From: Terriglobia bacterium
GTDB taxonomy: Bacteria; Acidobacteriota; Terriglobia; Acidiferrales; UBA7541
Length of the DNA stretch: 64,000 nucleotides
Direction: 5' to 3'
NCBI GenBank assembly: GCA_963695545.1
Contig: OY968796.1
Span: forward strand, 3,328,001 to 3,392,000
This document shows positions 10,876 to 21,409 of this stretch, one piece after another. The position numbers were made by a program, and so were the translations under genes. The number at the start of each line of letters is the position of its first letter. Positions within the stretch are counted from its first letter, which is position 1. The notes under the pieces are model-generated. The model worked only from the letters and a program-made list of their open reading frames with translations, made no database searches and had not been told where the DNA came from.

Positions 10876-12951
10876 GTGGATCTTTTCGGTTCGTTTTCCC
10901 TGCTGCTCGCGTTTTTGTGCGCCATCTACGCCATCGTTGCCGGCGTGGTGGCGGTGTATACGCGGCGCCCTCTGCTGGTCAAAAGCGCGCGGCAAGCCGG
11001 GATGGCCGTTTGCGTTTTGATCTGGCTCGCCTTCGGCAGCCTCGTCTACCTCTTCTACACCAATAATTTTTCGATTGCGTACGTCGCCGAGCACAGCAAC
11101 CGCGCGCTGCCGCAATTTTTCAAATTCCCGGCGGTTTGGTCGGGGCAGGAAGGCTCGCTGCTATTCTGGAGCTTCCTGCTTTCGATTTACGTTTTTTCGG
11201 TGCTGTTCACTTATCGCGGCAAGCATCCGGAGTTGATGCCGCGCGTCGGTATTATTCTCGCGAGCATCCAGCTTTTCTTTCTCATTCTCAATAATTTTAT
11301 CGTCAGTCCGTTTCACATGTTGGGCGCGCTGGGAATCGGCGGTGTGTTGCACGTCGTGGCGCGCGCCGACGGCAACGGCCTGAATCCGTTGCTGCAATAT
11401 CCGGAGATGATCATTCATCCGCCGGTGCTTTACTCCGGCTACACGGGCTTTTCGATTCCGTTCGCATTTGCGCTGGCCGCGTTGCTCGGCCGCTATCCCG
11501 GCGAAAAGTGGATTCACCTCACGCGTCGCTGGACCATGATCGCGTGGGGATTTCAAAGCGCGGGCATTTTGCTCGGCGCGCATTGGGCTTACGCCGTGCT
11601 CGGCTGGGGCGGCTATTGGGCCTGGGACCCGGTGGAAAACGCATCGCTGTTGCCCTGGCTGACGGCCACTGCTTTTTTGCACTCGGTGATGATGCAGGAA
11701 AAGCGCGGCATGATGAAGGTGTGGAACGTGTGGCTGGTGTTTACAACATTCATCCTCACGATTCTCGGTACCACACTTACGCGCAGCGGTCTTGTCAGCT
11801 CAGTTCACGCGTTCGCGCAATCGACCATCGGGCCGTGGTTCTTCGCTTTCATCGGCGTGATCCTGATCGTCTGCTTCGTCGCCTACTGGCAGAATCGCGA
11901 TTATCTGCGCAGCGATAATCAACTCGATTCCATGATCTCGCGCGAATCGAGTTTCTTGTTCAATAATTTGATCTTGCTCGTAGCCTCTGTGGCCGTCTTG
12001 TCCGGAACGCTTTTCCCGGTGCTCTCGGAAGCCGTGCGCGGAACGAAGATCAGCGTCGGTCCGCCGTTCTTCAACAAAGTCAATATTCCTATCGCTATGT
12101 TTCTGCTGTTTCTCACCGGCGTTGGGCCGCTGCTCGCCTGGCGCAAGACCTCCGCCGAAAGTTTGCGGCGCCATTTTGCGTGGCCGCTGATGGGCGGCAT
12201 CGCCGCGGCGGGAATCGCGGTGGCGTTTGGCCTCGAGAATTTTTACGTTGTGTTGTGCTTGCTGCTGTCGGTCTTCGTGGTGCTCACGATCGGCAGTGAA
12301 TTCTATCGCGGCGCGCGCGTGATCGCGGCGCGCACCGGCATGAACCTCGCAAGCGCCGTCGGGCAACTCACCATGCGCAACACGCGCCGTTACGGCGGCT
12401 ACGTCGTGCACTTCGGCATGGTGCTCGTCTTCATCGGCATCAGCGGGCAGGCCTTCAATAAGGATAAGCAGATGCAGATGTCGCCGGGATCGACCATGAA
12501 GATCGGTCCATACACGCTCATTTGCCAGAATTTCGATTCCACGCCCGGGCCCGATCCCAACGCCCCGAATTACACCGCCGAGCGCGCCACGATCGAAGCC
12601 GATCGCGACGGCCGCCAAGTGATCATGCTCTATCCCGAGCGCCGCATGTACACAACGAATCAGGAATCCGGCACGATGGTCGCGATTTATTCGACGCTCA
12701 AGGAAGATCTGTATGTCGTTTACGCGGGCCTTGACCCGAACACGCAGAAGCCGATCATTCACGCATATTTGAATCCCCTGGTGAAATGTATCTGGCTTGG
12801 GGGAGCCATCGTGATTCTCGGCACGATTCTCGCGCTTGTGCCGTCTCAGCAAGCTACGATCGTGTTGCGTCCCGTTACGCAGTCGCTGCCGCTCGGAGCT
12901 ACGCCAGAGCCTGCCGTCGCCGATTGGAGGCGCTATGGCCGCCGAACTTAG
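10876..12951 (+). CDS. ccmF: Heme lyase CcmF
   Basis: WSGQEGS, GLNPLLQ, HPP, WGGYWAWDPVENAS, SVHAFA motifs. Confidence 0.97.
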   Translation: MDLFGSFSLLLAFLCAIYAIVAGVVAVYTRRPLLVKSARQAGMAVCVLIWLAFGSLVYLFYTNNFSIAYVAEHSNRALPQFFKFPAVWSGQEGSLLFWSFLLSIYVFSVLFTYRGKHPELMPRVGIILASIQLFFLILNNFIVSPFHMLGALGIGGVLHVVARADGNGLNPLLQYPEMIIHPPVLYSGYTGFSIPFAFALAALLGRYPGEKWIHLTRRWTMIAWGFQSAGILLGAHWAYAVLGWGGYWAWDPVENASLLPWLTATAFLHSVMMQEKRGMMKVWNVWLVFTTFILTILGTTLTRSGLVSSVHAFAQSTIGPWFFAFIGVILIVCFVAYWQNRDYLRSDNQLDSMISRESSFLFNNLILLVASVAVLSGTLFPVLSEAVRGTKISVGPPFFNKVNIPIAMFLLFLTGVGPLLAWRKTSAESLRRHFAWPLMGGIAAAGIAVAFGLENFYVVLCLLLSVFVVLTIGSEFYRGARVIAARTGMNLASAVGQLTMRNTRRYGGYVVHFGMVLVFIGISGQAFNKDKQMQMSPGSTMKIGPYTLICQNFDSTPGPDPNAPNYTAERATIEADRDGRQVIMLYPERRMYTTNQESGTMVAIYSTLKEDLYVVYAGLDPNTQKPIIHAYLNPLVKCIWLGGAIVILGTILALVPSQQATIVLRPVTQSLPLGATPEPAVADWRRYGRRT

Positions 12952-13489
12952 ATCGCGTCGCGCTGCGCGGCCGCATCGGCCGCAGACGAACTATTTCCTC
13001 GTGCTGACCATTGTTGCTTCGCTTGCAGTTCTCGCGATCGCCATGCCCATCGCCTTGCGCGCGCAGCAAAGCGATCGCGCCGAGCAGATCAGCGGCAAGC
13101 TGATGTGCATGTGCGGCTGCGGCCAGACGCTGAAAGAATGCAACCACATCGATTGCCCGTTGCGCGCGGGGATGTTTAAGGAAGTCGATGCGGACGTCGC
13201 CCGCGGCGAATCCGACGACTTGATCCTGCAGGATTTTGTGCAAGAGTACGGCGAAGCGGTTCTTGCCGAGCCGCCGGCCAAGGGATTCAATCTCGTCGCC
13301 TGGATTTTTCCGGGCGCGGCGTTTGCTGTCGGCTTGTGCCTCGTGATCTTGATCGTGCGCAATTGGCGCCGTCGTCCGCCCGTGGCCGGTGCGGCAGTCG
13401 CCGCGATGGCCGGCTCGGCGAGTCATAGCGTCGATGCCGAAGACTTCGAGCGCGCTCGCCGTCAAGCGGATCGCGACACGGACGAATAA
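12935..13489 (+). CDS. ccmH: Cytochrome c biogenesis protein CcmH
   Basis: Signal peptide, LMCMCGCGQ, QEYGEAVLAEPP, C-terminal TM. Confidence 0.85.
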   Translation: MAAELRSRRAARPHRPQTNYFLVLTIVASLAVLAIAMPIALRAQQSDRAEQISGKLMCMCGCGQTLKECNHIDCPLRAGMFKEVDADVARGESDDLILQDFVQEYGEAVLAEPPAKGFNLVAWIFPGAAFAVGLCLVILIVRNWRRRPPVAGAAVAAMAGSASHSVDAEDFERARRQADRDTDE

Positions 13490-13492
13490 CTC

Positions 13493-13864
13493 ATGCCACT
13501 CGCCGCCATCATCGCCTGGGATTCGGATTCAATGATGCTGGTAGCGTGCGCGCTGCTCGCCGCTTCCACGCTGGCCTTTATTTTCTGGATCGATCCCGAT
13601 CCCGCCGATTCCGCGCCGCACCGTTCGCATCTCGATCAATTGCTCGAGCGGCGCGATGCGGTGTACGAAAATCTCCGCGATCTAAAATTCGAGCATCGCG
13701 CCGGCAAATTCGCCGAATCCGATTTCGAGCAAATGAAGGACGCGCTCGAGACCGAAGCCGCTCTGGTGCTGCGCGAGATCGACGAGACCACCGGCAATCC
13801 TGTGCGCACCGCGCGGCCCGCGCGCTCGAATCCTCAAGAGGTGACCACGGTGGCGCGAACATGA
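13493..13864 (+). CDS. CcmI N-terminal-like membrane protein
   Basis: TM then LRDLKFEHRAGKFAESDF, resembling the CcmI N-terminal motif; within the ccm operon. Confidence 0.65.
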   Translation: MPLAAIIAWDSDSMMLVACALLAASTLAFIFWIDPDPADSAPHRSHLDQLLERRDAVYENLRDLKFEHRAGKFAESDFEQMKDALETEAALVLREIDETTGNPVRTARPARSNPQEVTTVART

Positions 13865-15258
13865 ATCCGCGCGCATCCCGATCGAGATTGAAATTGACAA
13901 GGACGGCCATGAATCGTTCCCGCTTCCCGCAATTCGCAATCGCTCTGCTCGTGTGCCTCTGTTTTTGTGCCGCGGCGCGGGCCGGAACCGTCACCGGCGT
14001 CGTTCGCAATGGCACTACCAACAAGCCCGCCGCCGGAGTGGATGTGCTCCTGATCGAGTTGCAAGGCGGAATGCAAACTGTCGGCACCACGAAGACCGAT
14101 GCCGCCGGAAACTACCATTTCGATAACGACGCCATCGGTCAGGGCCCCATGCTGATTCGCGCCGTGTATCATGGCGTTTTTTTTCATCAGCCGCTAACAC
14201 CCGGCACGCCCACCGCCGACGTCACCGTTTACGAGACCACTTCAAATCCCGACGCGCGTCAGATCCAGCAGCGCCTCGTCGTCTTTCAACCTAACGGGAA
14301 TTCATTGATCGTAGGCGAAGAATATTCAATCGAGAATCAATCGCAGCCACCCGCCGCCTTCTACGATCAAAAGGGCGATTTTGAATTCATGATTCCCGAC
14401 GGCGCGCAATTGAGCCAGGTTTCGGCCTGGGGGCCCTCCGGCATGCCTGTGGTGCAGGGAACCATCGATCGCGCGCCCAATCGCTACGCCATCGCGTTTG
14501 CTTTTCAGCCCGGCGATAACGGCGTGCGCATCTCGTACGAAATTCCCTACGGCACGAACAGCGCGTCGCTCGCTCTGAGTTCTCCCTACGCCGCCGCGCA
14601 CATGATGATTGCCGCGCCGCCGACGGTTCAGGTCGCAAGCGATGGATTTCAGCCTGGCCCCGCAGAGCAGGGATACAGCACGTACACGCATGACGATATC
14701 GCCGCTGGAGCCGTAACCCAAATCTCGGTGTCCGGCACGGCTCCGCCGCCCGCGGCCGATGACGCGTCTGGCTCCGGTAGCGATCAGGGCGGCGCGCCCG
14801 ACCAGGTGAACGGGCGCGATTCGGGCGACGCCGCGAGTGGCTCGCTGCAAGTGATTCCGCCGCGACTCGATTCGCTGCGTTGGTATCTGGTAGGAGGCTT
14901 CGCCGCGTTGTTCGCCGTCGGCCTTGCGCTTTTGTGGCGACGGACCGATTTGGCGGTCCCACTGCGCACCACGCCGGCGATCGCCGGCGATTCGGGCGGC
15001 AATGTTTCCGCGTCGGCGGTTAGTGCGCCCGCTCGCAGCGCAACGTTGCCCAAGTCTCCGCCCGTTTCAGCGGCTCCGCCCGCGCCGTCGGAAACCGTCG
15101 AACAAGCGCAGCGCGAAGTTGTGCAGAGCCTCGACGGCATGAAGGACACGCTGTTTCGCCTGGAACTCCGCCGCCAGGCGGGCACCATCTCCGAGGAAGA
15201 TTACGCGCGCGAACGCGCACGCCTCGAAAAAGTTCTGCACGATCTTCTTCGCGGATGA
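13861..15258 (+). CDS. Membrane-anchored periplasmic protein with carboxypeptidase-regulatory-like domain, ccm-associated
   Basis: Signal peptide, GTVTGVVRNGT beta-sandwich start, TM, C-terminal AGTISEEDY motif. Confidence 0.75.
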   Translation: MNPRASRSRLKLTRTAMNRSRFPQFAIALLVCLCFCAAARAGTVTGVVRNGTTNKPAAGVDVLLIELQGGMQTVGTTKTDAAGNYHFDNDAIGQGPMLIRAVYHGVFFHQPLTPGTPTADVTVYETTSNPDARQIQQRLVVFQPNGNSLIVGEEYSIENQSQPPAAFYDQKGDFEFMIPDGAQLSQVSAWGPSGMPVVQGTIDRAPNRYAIAFAFQPGDNGVRISYEIPYGTNSASLALSSPYAAAHMMIAAPPTVQVASDGFQPGPAEQGYSTYTHDDIAAGAVTQISVSGTAPPPAADDASGSGSDQGGAPDQVNGRDSGDAASGSLQVIPPRLDSLRWYLVGGFAALFAVGLALLWRRTDLAVPLRTTPAIAGDSGGNVSASAVSAPARSATLPKSPPVSAAPPAPSETVEQAQREVVQSLDGMKDTLFRLELRRQAGTISEEDYARERARLEKVLHDLLRG

Positions 15259-15277
15259 TGTACTCTCGCGCCACGCC

Positions 15278-16006
15278 GTGACGCCATCTGAACCGCCCAT
15301 GTCCGCGGGTTTTAAAATCGAATTCCATAACGTAGAAAAGCGCTTCGGCATGCGCTTGGCTCTTCGCGGAATCACGTTGTCGATCGCGTCCGGGGAATTC
15401 GTGGCTCTGGTTGGCGCGAATGGTTCGGGGAAGACCACGCTGCTGCGCATCGCGGCACAGCTGATGCGCCCGAGCGCCGGAACCATTCGCATCGGCGCCG
15501 ACGCAGCGACAATCTCGCCGCTCGCCGTTCGCGCGCGATGTGGACTCGTCTCACACGCCACGCAGCTTTATGACGAATTGACGGCCGAAGAGAACTTGCG
15601 CTTTTTCGCGCGCCTCTACGATCTGCCGAATGTGGGCGCGACCTGCGCCGCGGCACTCGATCGAGTCGGACTCGCGCCGCGATCTCGCGATCTTGTCCGC
15701 ACATTCTCGCGCGGCATGCGCCAGCGATTGTCGCTCGCGCGGGCGATGTTGTGTAGTCCGCGCCTCTTGCTTCTCGACGAGCCTGCGACGGGCCTCGACC
15801 CCGCAGGCCAATCTTGGCTGGGAAGGGAAGCAGCGCGCCTGCACTCGAAAGGCTGCACAATTCTGATGAGCACGCACGGCAACAATGAAGTGCAGTCGGC
15901 CGTCACGCGCGCCCTTCGCCTTGATTCCGGAGCCGTGGCCGAAGATTCGACCGAACACGGCGCAGATGTACGCGGGATCCTGGCGCGCGGAGGCTCCGAG
16001 AATTAA
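15278..16006 (+). CDS. ccmA: Heme exporter ATP-binding protein CcmA
   Basis: Walker A GANGSGKT, FSRGMRQR, LLLLDEP; precedes ccmB/ccmC. Confidence 0.9.
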   Translation: MTPSEPPMSAGFKIEFHNVEKRFGMRLALRGITLSIASGEFVALVGANGSGKTTLLRIAAQLMRPSAGTIRIGADAATISPLAVRARCGLVSHATQLYDELTAEENLRFFARLYDLPNVGATCAAALDRVGLAPRSRDLVRTFSRGMRQRLSLARAMLCSPRLLLLDEPATGLDPAGQSWLGREAARLHSKGCTILMSTHGNNEVQSAVTRALRLDSGAVAEDSTEHGADVRGILARGGSEN

Positions 16007-16013
16007 TCAAACG

Positions 16014-16688
16014 ATGAGCCTCTCGCGCGCCACCGGCATAATTCTCGCCAAGGAACTCCGCGTCGAATTGCGCTCGCGCGAGCTACTCTCGACCACACTG
16101 GTTTTTGTTCTGCTCGTCCTGGTCCTTTTCAGCTTCACATTCGATCCCACGTCCACAGAGGCGCGCCGCTTCGGCCCCGGCCTTCTGTGGCTCGGCTTGC
16201 TGTTCGCGAGTTCGCTGATGCTCCAGCCCTCGTTCGTGCGCGAACAATCGAACGACACGCTCTCCGCGCTGCGCATGGCGCCGATTGACCCGTTTGCCGT
16301 GCTGCTCGGCAAGCTCGCGGCCAACGCGCTGTTTCTCTTTTTCGTGGAGCTGATTCTGCTCCCGATTTTCGCAGCGTTGTATAACCTCGCGATTTTGCCG
16401 GTTCTCGGGCGGCTACTCGTTATTTTAGTTCTCGGCACGGTAGGCCTCGCCACGATCGGCACCGTGTTTTCCGCGATCACCGCGCAGGCGCGTCTGCGCG
16501 AGCTTTTGCTTCCGTTGCTCATGTTTCCACTCGTGGCGCCGGTGCTGATTGCCAGCACGGAAGCCACGGTCGGGTTGTTTTCAGAAGATGCTTCTCTCGA
16601 TCGTGTGTGGCTTGTCTTCCTTGTCGCGTTCGACGCGGTCTTTTTGACTGCGGCCTGGCTTTTCGGCGAGTATCTCTTCGAGGAATAG
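16014..16688 (+). CDS. ccmB: Heme exporter membrane protein CcmB
   Basis: KELRVELRSRE, six TM segments, LLLPLLMFPLVAP. Confidence 0.92.
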   Translation: MSLSRATGIILAKELRVELRSRELLSTTLVFVLLVLVLFSFTFDPTSTEARRFGPGLLWLGLLFASSLMLQPSFVREQSNDTLSALRMAPIDPFAVLLGKLAANALFLFFVELILLPIFAALYNLAILPVLGRLLVILVLGTVGLATIGTVFSAITAQARLRELLLPLLMFPLVAPVLIASTEATVGLFSEDASLDRVWLVFLVAFDAVFLTAAWLFGEYLFEE

Positions 16689-16696
16689 GAGAGAGA

Positions 16697-17404
16697 TTGG
16701 CTTCGGCAATCAATTCCAAATCGGCCGCACGCCCGTCCATTTTCCTGGCGCTCCTGGTCTACGCGTGGCTTGTGCTCGCTGCGTATGCCGCGCTCTTTGT
16801 CGCGCCCACGGAATTAACCATGGGCCTGATCCAGCGCATTTTTTATTTTCACGTGCCCTGTTTCTGGACGGCCTTCATCGCCATCGGCACCACCACATTC
16901 GGCAGCATCGCGTATCTCAGCACGCGCGCGATGAAATGGGATTGGCTTGCCGTGTCGGCCGCCGAACTCGGCACGGTCTTTCTTACCATCGGCCTTGTGA
17001 CGGGCCCCATCTGGGCCAAGCCGGTGTGGGGCGTCTGGTGGGCCTGGGACGCGCGCACGACTTCCACCTTCGTGCTCTGGGCCATGTACGTCAGCTATCT
17101 CCTGCTGCGCACGTTGGTCGATGAACCGGAGCGGCGCGCTCTGCTCTCCGCGGTCGTCGCGATCTTCGCGTGCCTGGACGTGCCGCTGGTCTATTTTTCG
17201 ATCTGGTGGTTCCGCACCCAGCATCCGCAGCCGGTGATCGGCGACGGCGGCTACCTCGATCCGCGGATGCTCCGAGTCCTGTTGTTTTGCTGGGGTGCAG
17301 TGGTGGCGTTGTTCGTGTTGGTGGTTCGGCAGCGTTATCGGCTTGAGAAATTGCGAGCCGAAGTAGATGGCCTGCGAATGGAAGCGGAACGCCGAGCGCT
17401 CTAG
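16697..17404 (+). CDS. ccmC: Heme exporter/assembly protein CcmC
   Basis: RIFYFHVP, WAKPVWGVWWAWDAR (WWD motif), WWFRTQHP. Confidence 0.93.
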   Translation: MASAINSKSAARPSIFLALLVYAWLVLAAYAALFVAPTELTMGLIQRIFYFHVPCFWTAFIAIGTTTFGSIAYLSTRAMKWDWLAVSAAELGTVFLTIGLVTGPIWAKPVWGVWWAWDARTTSTFVLWAMYVSYLLLRTLVDEPERRALLSAVVAIFACLDVPLVYFSIWWFRTQHPQPVIGDGGYLDPRMLRVLLFCWGAVVALFVLVVRQRYRLEKLRAEVDGLRMEAERRAL

Positions 17405-17449
17405 CGCTCGACAGGTATGGTTCGCACAGATCGGGAGTAAGGAGTGGTG

Positions 17450-17584
17450 ATGGAAAATCTAAATAGCGTATTCGCGGCATTTATGGCGCTATGGGCCGTG
17501 TTCTTCGTCTATCAAATCACTGTGGGCCGCCGCCTCGCGCGGCTGCAAGACGAGATCGAGCGCCTGAAGAGCCGCCTGAAGTAA
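17450..17584 (+). CDS. ccmD: CcmD-family small protein (44 aa; not in the ORF track)
   Basis: AAGGAG upstream; MENLNSVFAAFMALWAVFFVYQITVGRRLARLQDEIERLKSRLK (one TM plus basic tail) directly after ccmC. Confidence 0.82.
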   Translation: MENLNSVFAAFMALWAVFFVYQITVGRRLARLQDEIERLKSRLK

Positions 17585-17601
17585 TTGCCGATATTTTCCG
17601 C

Positions 17602-18588
17602 ATGAGCGATCGCAAACGCGTCGGCGTGGTTTTATTTCAGCTCGGCGGACCGGACACGCCCGACGCCATCGAGCCATTCCTCTATAATCTTTTTTGCGAT
17701 CCCGACATCATAAATTTCCCCGGCGCGTGGCTCGCGCGCCGGCCTCTCGCCTGGTGGATCGCGCATCGCCGCGCGCGCGCCGTGGCCCATCACTACGCCG
17801 CGATCGGCGGCCGCTCCCCGATTCGCTTGCTGACCGAACGCCAAGCCCGCGCCCTGGAGCGCGCGCTCGCGAACCGTTGCGATGCAAAATGTTTTGTCGC
17901 CATGCGCTACTGGCATCCCTTGACGCGCGAAGCCGCCGCCGCCGTGCGCGTCACGCAGCTCGACGATCTCGTATTGCTGCCGCTCTATCCGCAATATTCC
18001 CTGGCCACCACGGCCAGCAGCATGAAGGAATGGACGCGCCTCTATCGTCCGGCCGGCGCGAATCCCCCGGCCGTGCATGCGGTCAAGGACTTCTATGATC
18101 ATCCGCTTTATATCCAAGCGCTCTGCGAGCGAATCGCCGCGACTCTCCGCCACTTCGCCGATCCCGCCGGCATACATTTCGTCTTCAGTGCGCACGGCCT
18201 GCCGATTTCGCTGGTCGAACGTGGCGACCCCTATCCGCAGCAGGTGCAGGAAACCGTGCGCCTGGTGCTCGAGCGCGGCGGATGGCCATACGAACACACG
18301 CTTTGCTATCAAAGTCGCGTCGGCCGCCAGCGATGGCTCGAGCCGTCGTTGACGCTCACGATCGAACGCCTCGCCCGCGAAGGCAAAAAGAGGCTCCTGC
18401 TCATCCCTCTCTCTTTCGTTACCGAGCACATCGAGACCCTGCACGAAATCAACATTGAAGCCCGCGAAGAAGCGCTCCATCTCGGCGTCGAGCAATTCCA
18501 GTTGATGCCCGCGCTGGGCGATTCTCCTAGGTTCATCGCGGCGCTGGCCGATTTGGTGCTGCGCGCCGCGGGAATAAATCATTCCTAA
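17602..18588 (+). CDS. hemH: Ferrochelatase
   Basis: LGGP, MRYWHP, LPLYPQYS, FSAHGLP, QSRVG, HIETLHE motifs. Confidence 0.96.
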   Translation: MSDRKRVGVVLFQLGGPDTPDAIEPFLYNLFCDPDIINFPGAWLARRPLAWWIAHRRARAVAHHYAAIGGRSPIRLLTERQARALERALANRCDAKCFVAMRYWHPLTREAAAAVRVTQLDDLVLLPLYPQYSLATTASSMKEWTRLYRPAGANPPAVHAVKDFYDHPLYIQALCERIAATLRHFADPAGIHFVFSAHGLPISLVERGDPYPQQVQETVRLVLERGGWPYEHTLCYQSRVGRQRWLEPSLTLTIERLAREGKKRLLLIPLSFVTEHIETLHEINIEAREEALHLGVEQFQLMPALGDSPRFIAALADLVLRAAGINHS

Positions 18589-18693
18589 AATGGCCCAATT
18601 CGGCTTGACACCATTTCGAGCGCGGCATATAAAAGACAGTCCGTGCGTTGCCGTAATCATCCTCAGGTTCAGTACGAGAGGTGACGCGCTCTT

Positions 18694-19302
18694 ATGACCG
18701 ATTTACCCGAAGGAAAAGCGGCAGACAGTCCGGCCAAACCCGCTTCTCCCGCCGTACCGGCCCCGACGCCGGCGGCAGCCGCGAAACCCGCGGCTAAGGC
18801 CGCCCCGAAGTCATACGAACCACCCGATAAAGGGCGTCGCCGTCTCATTTGGGCGCTGATTTGGAGCTATCTCGGGGTCAACCTTCTACTCTTTCTCAGA
18901 TTTTTCTTCCCGCGCGCATTGTATGAACCCAATACGGTCTTTTCGGTCGGCTACCCGTCCGACTTCTCGCTCGGTATCGACCAGCGCTTTTTGCTGACCA
19001 ACCGCATCTGGATCATCCGCGAGCCGGGCCGCATCTTTGTAATCTTTGCGCGCTGCACGCACCTTGGCTGCACTCCGGAATGGAAGCCTTCGGAAAATAA
19101 GTTCAAGTGCCCATGCCACGGCAGTGGTTACGACGCAGAAGGCATCAACTTTGAAGGCCCGGCGCCGCGCCCAATGGACCGCGCCAAAATGGAGCTCGAC
19201 GCCACGGGCAAGATCATCGTGGATACCAGCAAGCTTTATATGGATGACCCCCGAGCCGGCGTGAATCAATTTAACGACCCCGGGGCTTTTCTGAGCGTCT
19301 GA
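18694..19302 (+). CDS. Rieske iron-sulfur subunit of a cytochrome bc/b6f-type complex
   Basis: CTHLGC and CPCHGS boxes, GPAPRP, RRR before the TM. Confidence 0.95.
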   Translation: MTDLPEGKAADSPAKPASPAVPAPTPAAAAKPAAKAAPKSYEPPDKGRRRLIWALIWSYLGVNLLLFLRFFFPRALYEPNTVFSVGYPSDFSLGIDQRFLLTNRIWIIREPGRIFVIFARCTHLGCTPEWKPSENKFKCPCHGSGYDAEGINFEGPAPRPMDRAKMELDATGKIIVDTSKLYMDDPRAGVNQFNDPGAFLSV

Positions 19303-19359
19303 CGGATTCGCGCGCCTCCGTAGGCGCGCGCGAGGCACCACCGAGTCGAGGGGGAGCGG

Positions 19360-20298
19360 ATGCCGGAAGACAACGGCGAACAGAAGAAGAGCGGGTTGCT
19401 CGATCGCGTCCGCAGCGACGTCAAGACGCTGAAGGAAACGGTCAAGGAAAAGGGCAAGGACGAAATCGCCGCGCTCAAAGAGCCGGAAAAAACCCAGCTC
19501 TACCGTTCCATCTTCCGCGTCAAGCACGACGAAGAGCCGCGCAATCGCGCGCTCTCCGTGCTCACCAACGTTTTCTTTCACCTGCATCCGGCCAAAGTCA
19601 ATCGCGACGCCACGAAATACAATTTCACTTGGGGCATGGGCGGAATCACTTTTTATCTGTTCGTCGTGCTCACGTTCACCGGCGTTCTGTTGATGTTCTA
19701 TTACCACCCGACGAAGGTGCAGGCATTCCGCGACATTCTCTATCTTGAGAACGACGTGCCCTTCGGCAAGTTGCTGCGCAACATGCATCGCTGGGCGGCG
19801 CACTTGATGATCATCGCCGTTTGGCTGCATATGTTTCGCGTGTTCCTCACCGGCTCCTACAAACGCCCGCGCGAATTCAATTGGTGCGTCGGCGTGCTGC
19901 TGATGGTTTTGACGATGCTGCTCTCGTTCACCGGCTACTTGCTGCCCGACGATCAACTGGGCTTCTGGGCCGTCACCGTGGGCACGAATATGGGCCGCGC
20001 CACGCCGCTGTTAGGCAGCGAAGGACCGTTCGGCGCGCAATTCGGCATGACGCCCTACAACGACATACGCTTTGCGCTGCTCGGTGGCTCGATCGTCGAT
20101 GCCAACGCGCTGCTGCGCGCCTACATCTGGCATTGCATCGCGATCCCGCTGATCGCCGCGATTTTGATGGCCGTGCACTTCTGGCGCGTGCGCAAGGATG
20201 GCGGCATTTCGGGTCCCGCGCCCGTGATGCTCGAATCGGAAATCAAGGAAGAAAAAAAGCCGCGGCCCGTGATCTTGCGGCCCAGCGGAACGCAGTAG
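19360..20298 (+). CDS. Cytochrome b, N-terminal (b6-like) subunit
   Basis: HRWAAH...WLH, FTGYLLP, and WH-x14-H heme ligand spacing. Confidence 0.93.
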   Translation: MPEDNGEQKKSGLLDRVRSDVKTLKETVKEKGKDEIAALKEPEKTQLYRSIFRVKHDEEPRNRALSVLTNVFFHLHPAKVNRDATKYNFTWGMGGITFYLFVVLTFTGVLLMFYYHPTKVQAFRDILYLENDVPFGKLLRNMHRWAAHLMIIAVWLHMFRVFLTGSYKRPREFNWCVGVLLMVLTMLLSFTGYLLPDDQLGFWAVTVGTNMGRATPLLGSEGPFGAQFGMTPYNDIRFALLGGSIVDANALLRAYIWHCIAIPLIAAILMAVHFWRVRKDGGISGPAPVMLESEIKEEKKPRPVILRPSGTQ

Positions 20299-20383
20299 CG
20301 AGCGTACTGAGTACGGGTGTGGGCTCCAGTTGGAGTCCGCAAAAATGTGATAGGGAATTGCCGGACCAGCTCCAGGGGGACGG

Positions 20384-21367
20384 ATGAATTTTCACCAGAT
20401 TTGGGAGATCGCGTCGTCGCCGGACAACGTGCCGATCGTGGCACTGCTGTTTCTCGTGCCGTTCTATTGCTGGTACGCGTTTCGGCAAGCCTTCGCCAAC
20501 GACCGCCTGATCGAAAAGCTCGAAGCCGACCCCGCCGCCGCGAAAACGGCTCATCGCAAGACGCAGCCCTGGAACCCGAAGTGGGAACGCGAGGTCCACA
20601 CTTGGCCCTACCTGATGCGCATGGAACTCGTCGCCGCGATTCTGGTGACCGCGCTCTTGATGGTGTGGTCCATCACGCTGAATGCGCCGCTTGAAGAGCC
20701 ATCGAATCCAAACGTCACCATGAATCCCGCGAAAGCGCCGTGGTATTTCCTGGGCCTTCAGGAAATGCTGGTTTATTTCGATCCCTGGATTGCCGGCGTG
20801 GTCATGCCCACGCTGATCATCGGCGGCCTGCTGGTGATCCCGTATATCGACGAGAATCCCCTGGGCAACGGCTATTACACGTACAAGCAGCGCAAGTTCG
20901 CCATCTGGACGTTCCTCTTCGGCTTCATCGGTTTATGGGTCCTTATGATTACCATCGGCACATTCATCAGAGGACCCGGTTGGATGTGGTTCTGGCCCGG
21001 CCAGACCTGGGACGCTAGCCGTGTCGAATTTGCGGTCAATCGAAACCTCGATCAGGTTTTCGGCATTGACGGCTCTTGGACGGCGTTTCTGCTTCCCGCC
21101 GCGCACAAAGCCTACGCGCCTATTCTCGCGCGAATTATTTTCGGCATTTTTCCGTTGATTCTGTATTTCCTGGTCGCTGGATACGCAGTGTTCCGGCTGA
21201 TGACCTGGACGGATTTCTCGCGGAAAATTTTCAAGCGCATGACGCTGCTTCAGATCGTCACCGCTAACGTGGTTTTGGTGTTCATGCTCAGTTTGCCGAT
21301 CAAAATTCTGCTGCGCCTGTTGCTGCGCATTAAGTACGTCTGGGTGACGCCATGGTTCAGCATCTAG
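20384..21367 (+). CDS. Cytochrome b C-terminal / subunit IV-like protein
   Basis: NPAKAPWYFLGLQE (PEWY-equivalent), multiple TMs. Confidence 0.85.
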   Translation: MNFHQIWEIASSPDNVPIVALLFLVPFYCWYAFRQAFANDRLIEKLEADPAAAKTAHRKTQPWNPKWEREVHTWPYLMRMELVAAILVTALLMVWSITLNAPLEEPSNPNVTMNPAKAPWYFLGLQEMLVYFDPWIAGVVMPTLIIGGLLVIPYIDENPLGNGYYTYKQRKFAIWTFLFGFIGLWVLMITIGTFIRGPGWMWFWPGQTWDASRVEFAVNRNLDQVFGIDGSWTAFLLPAAHKAYAPILARIIFGIFPLILYFLVAGYAVFRLMTWTDFSRKIFKRMTLLQIVTANVVLVFMLSLPIKILLRLLLRIKYVWVTPWFSI

Positions 21368-21409
21368 CCATTCGCGCGCCGCGCGCAATTTCGATAAGGG
21401 AGACTCGGA

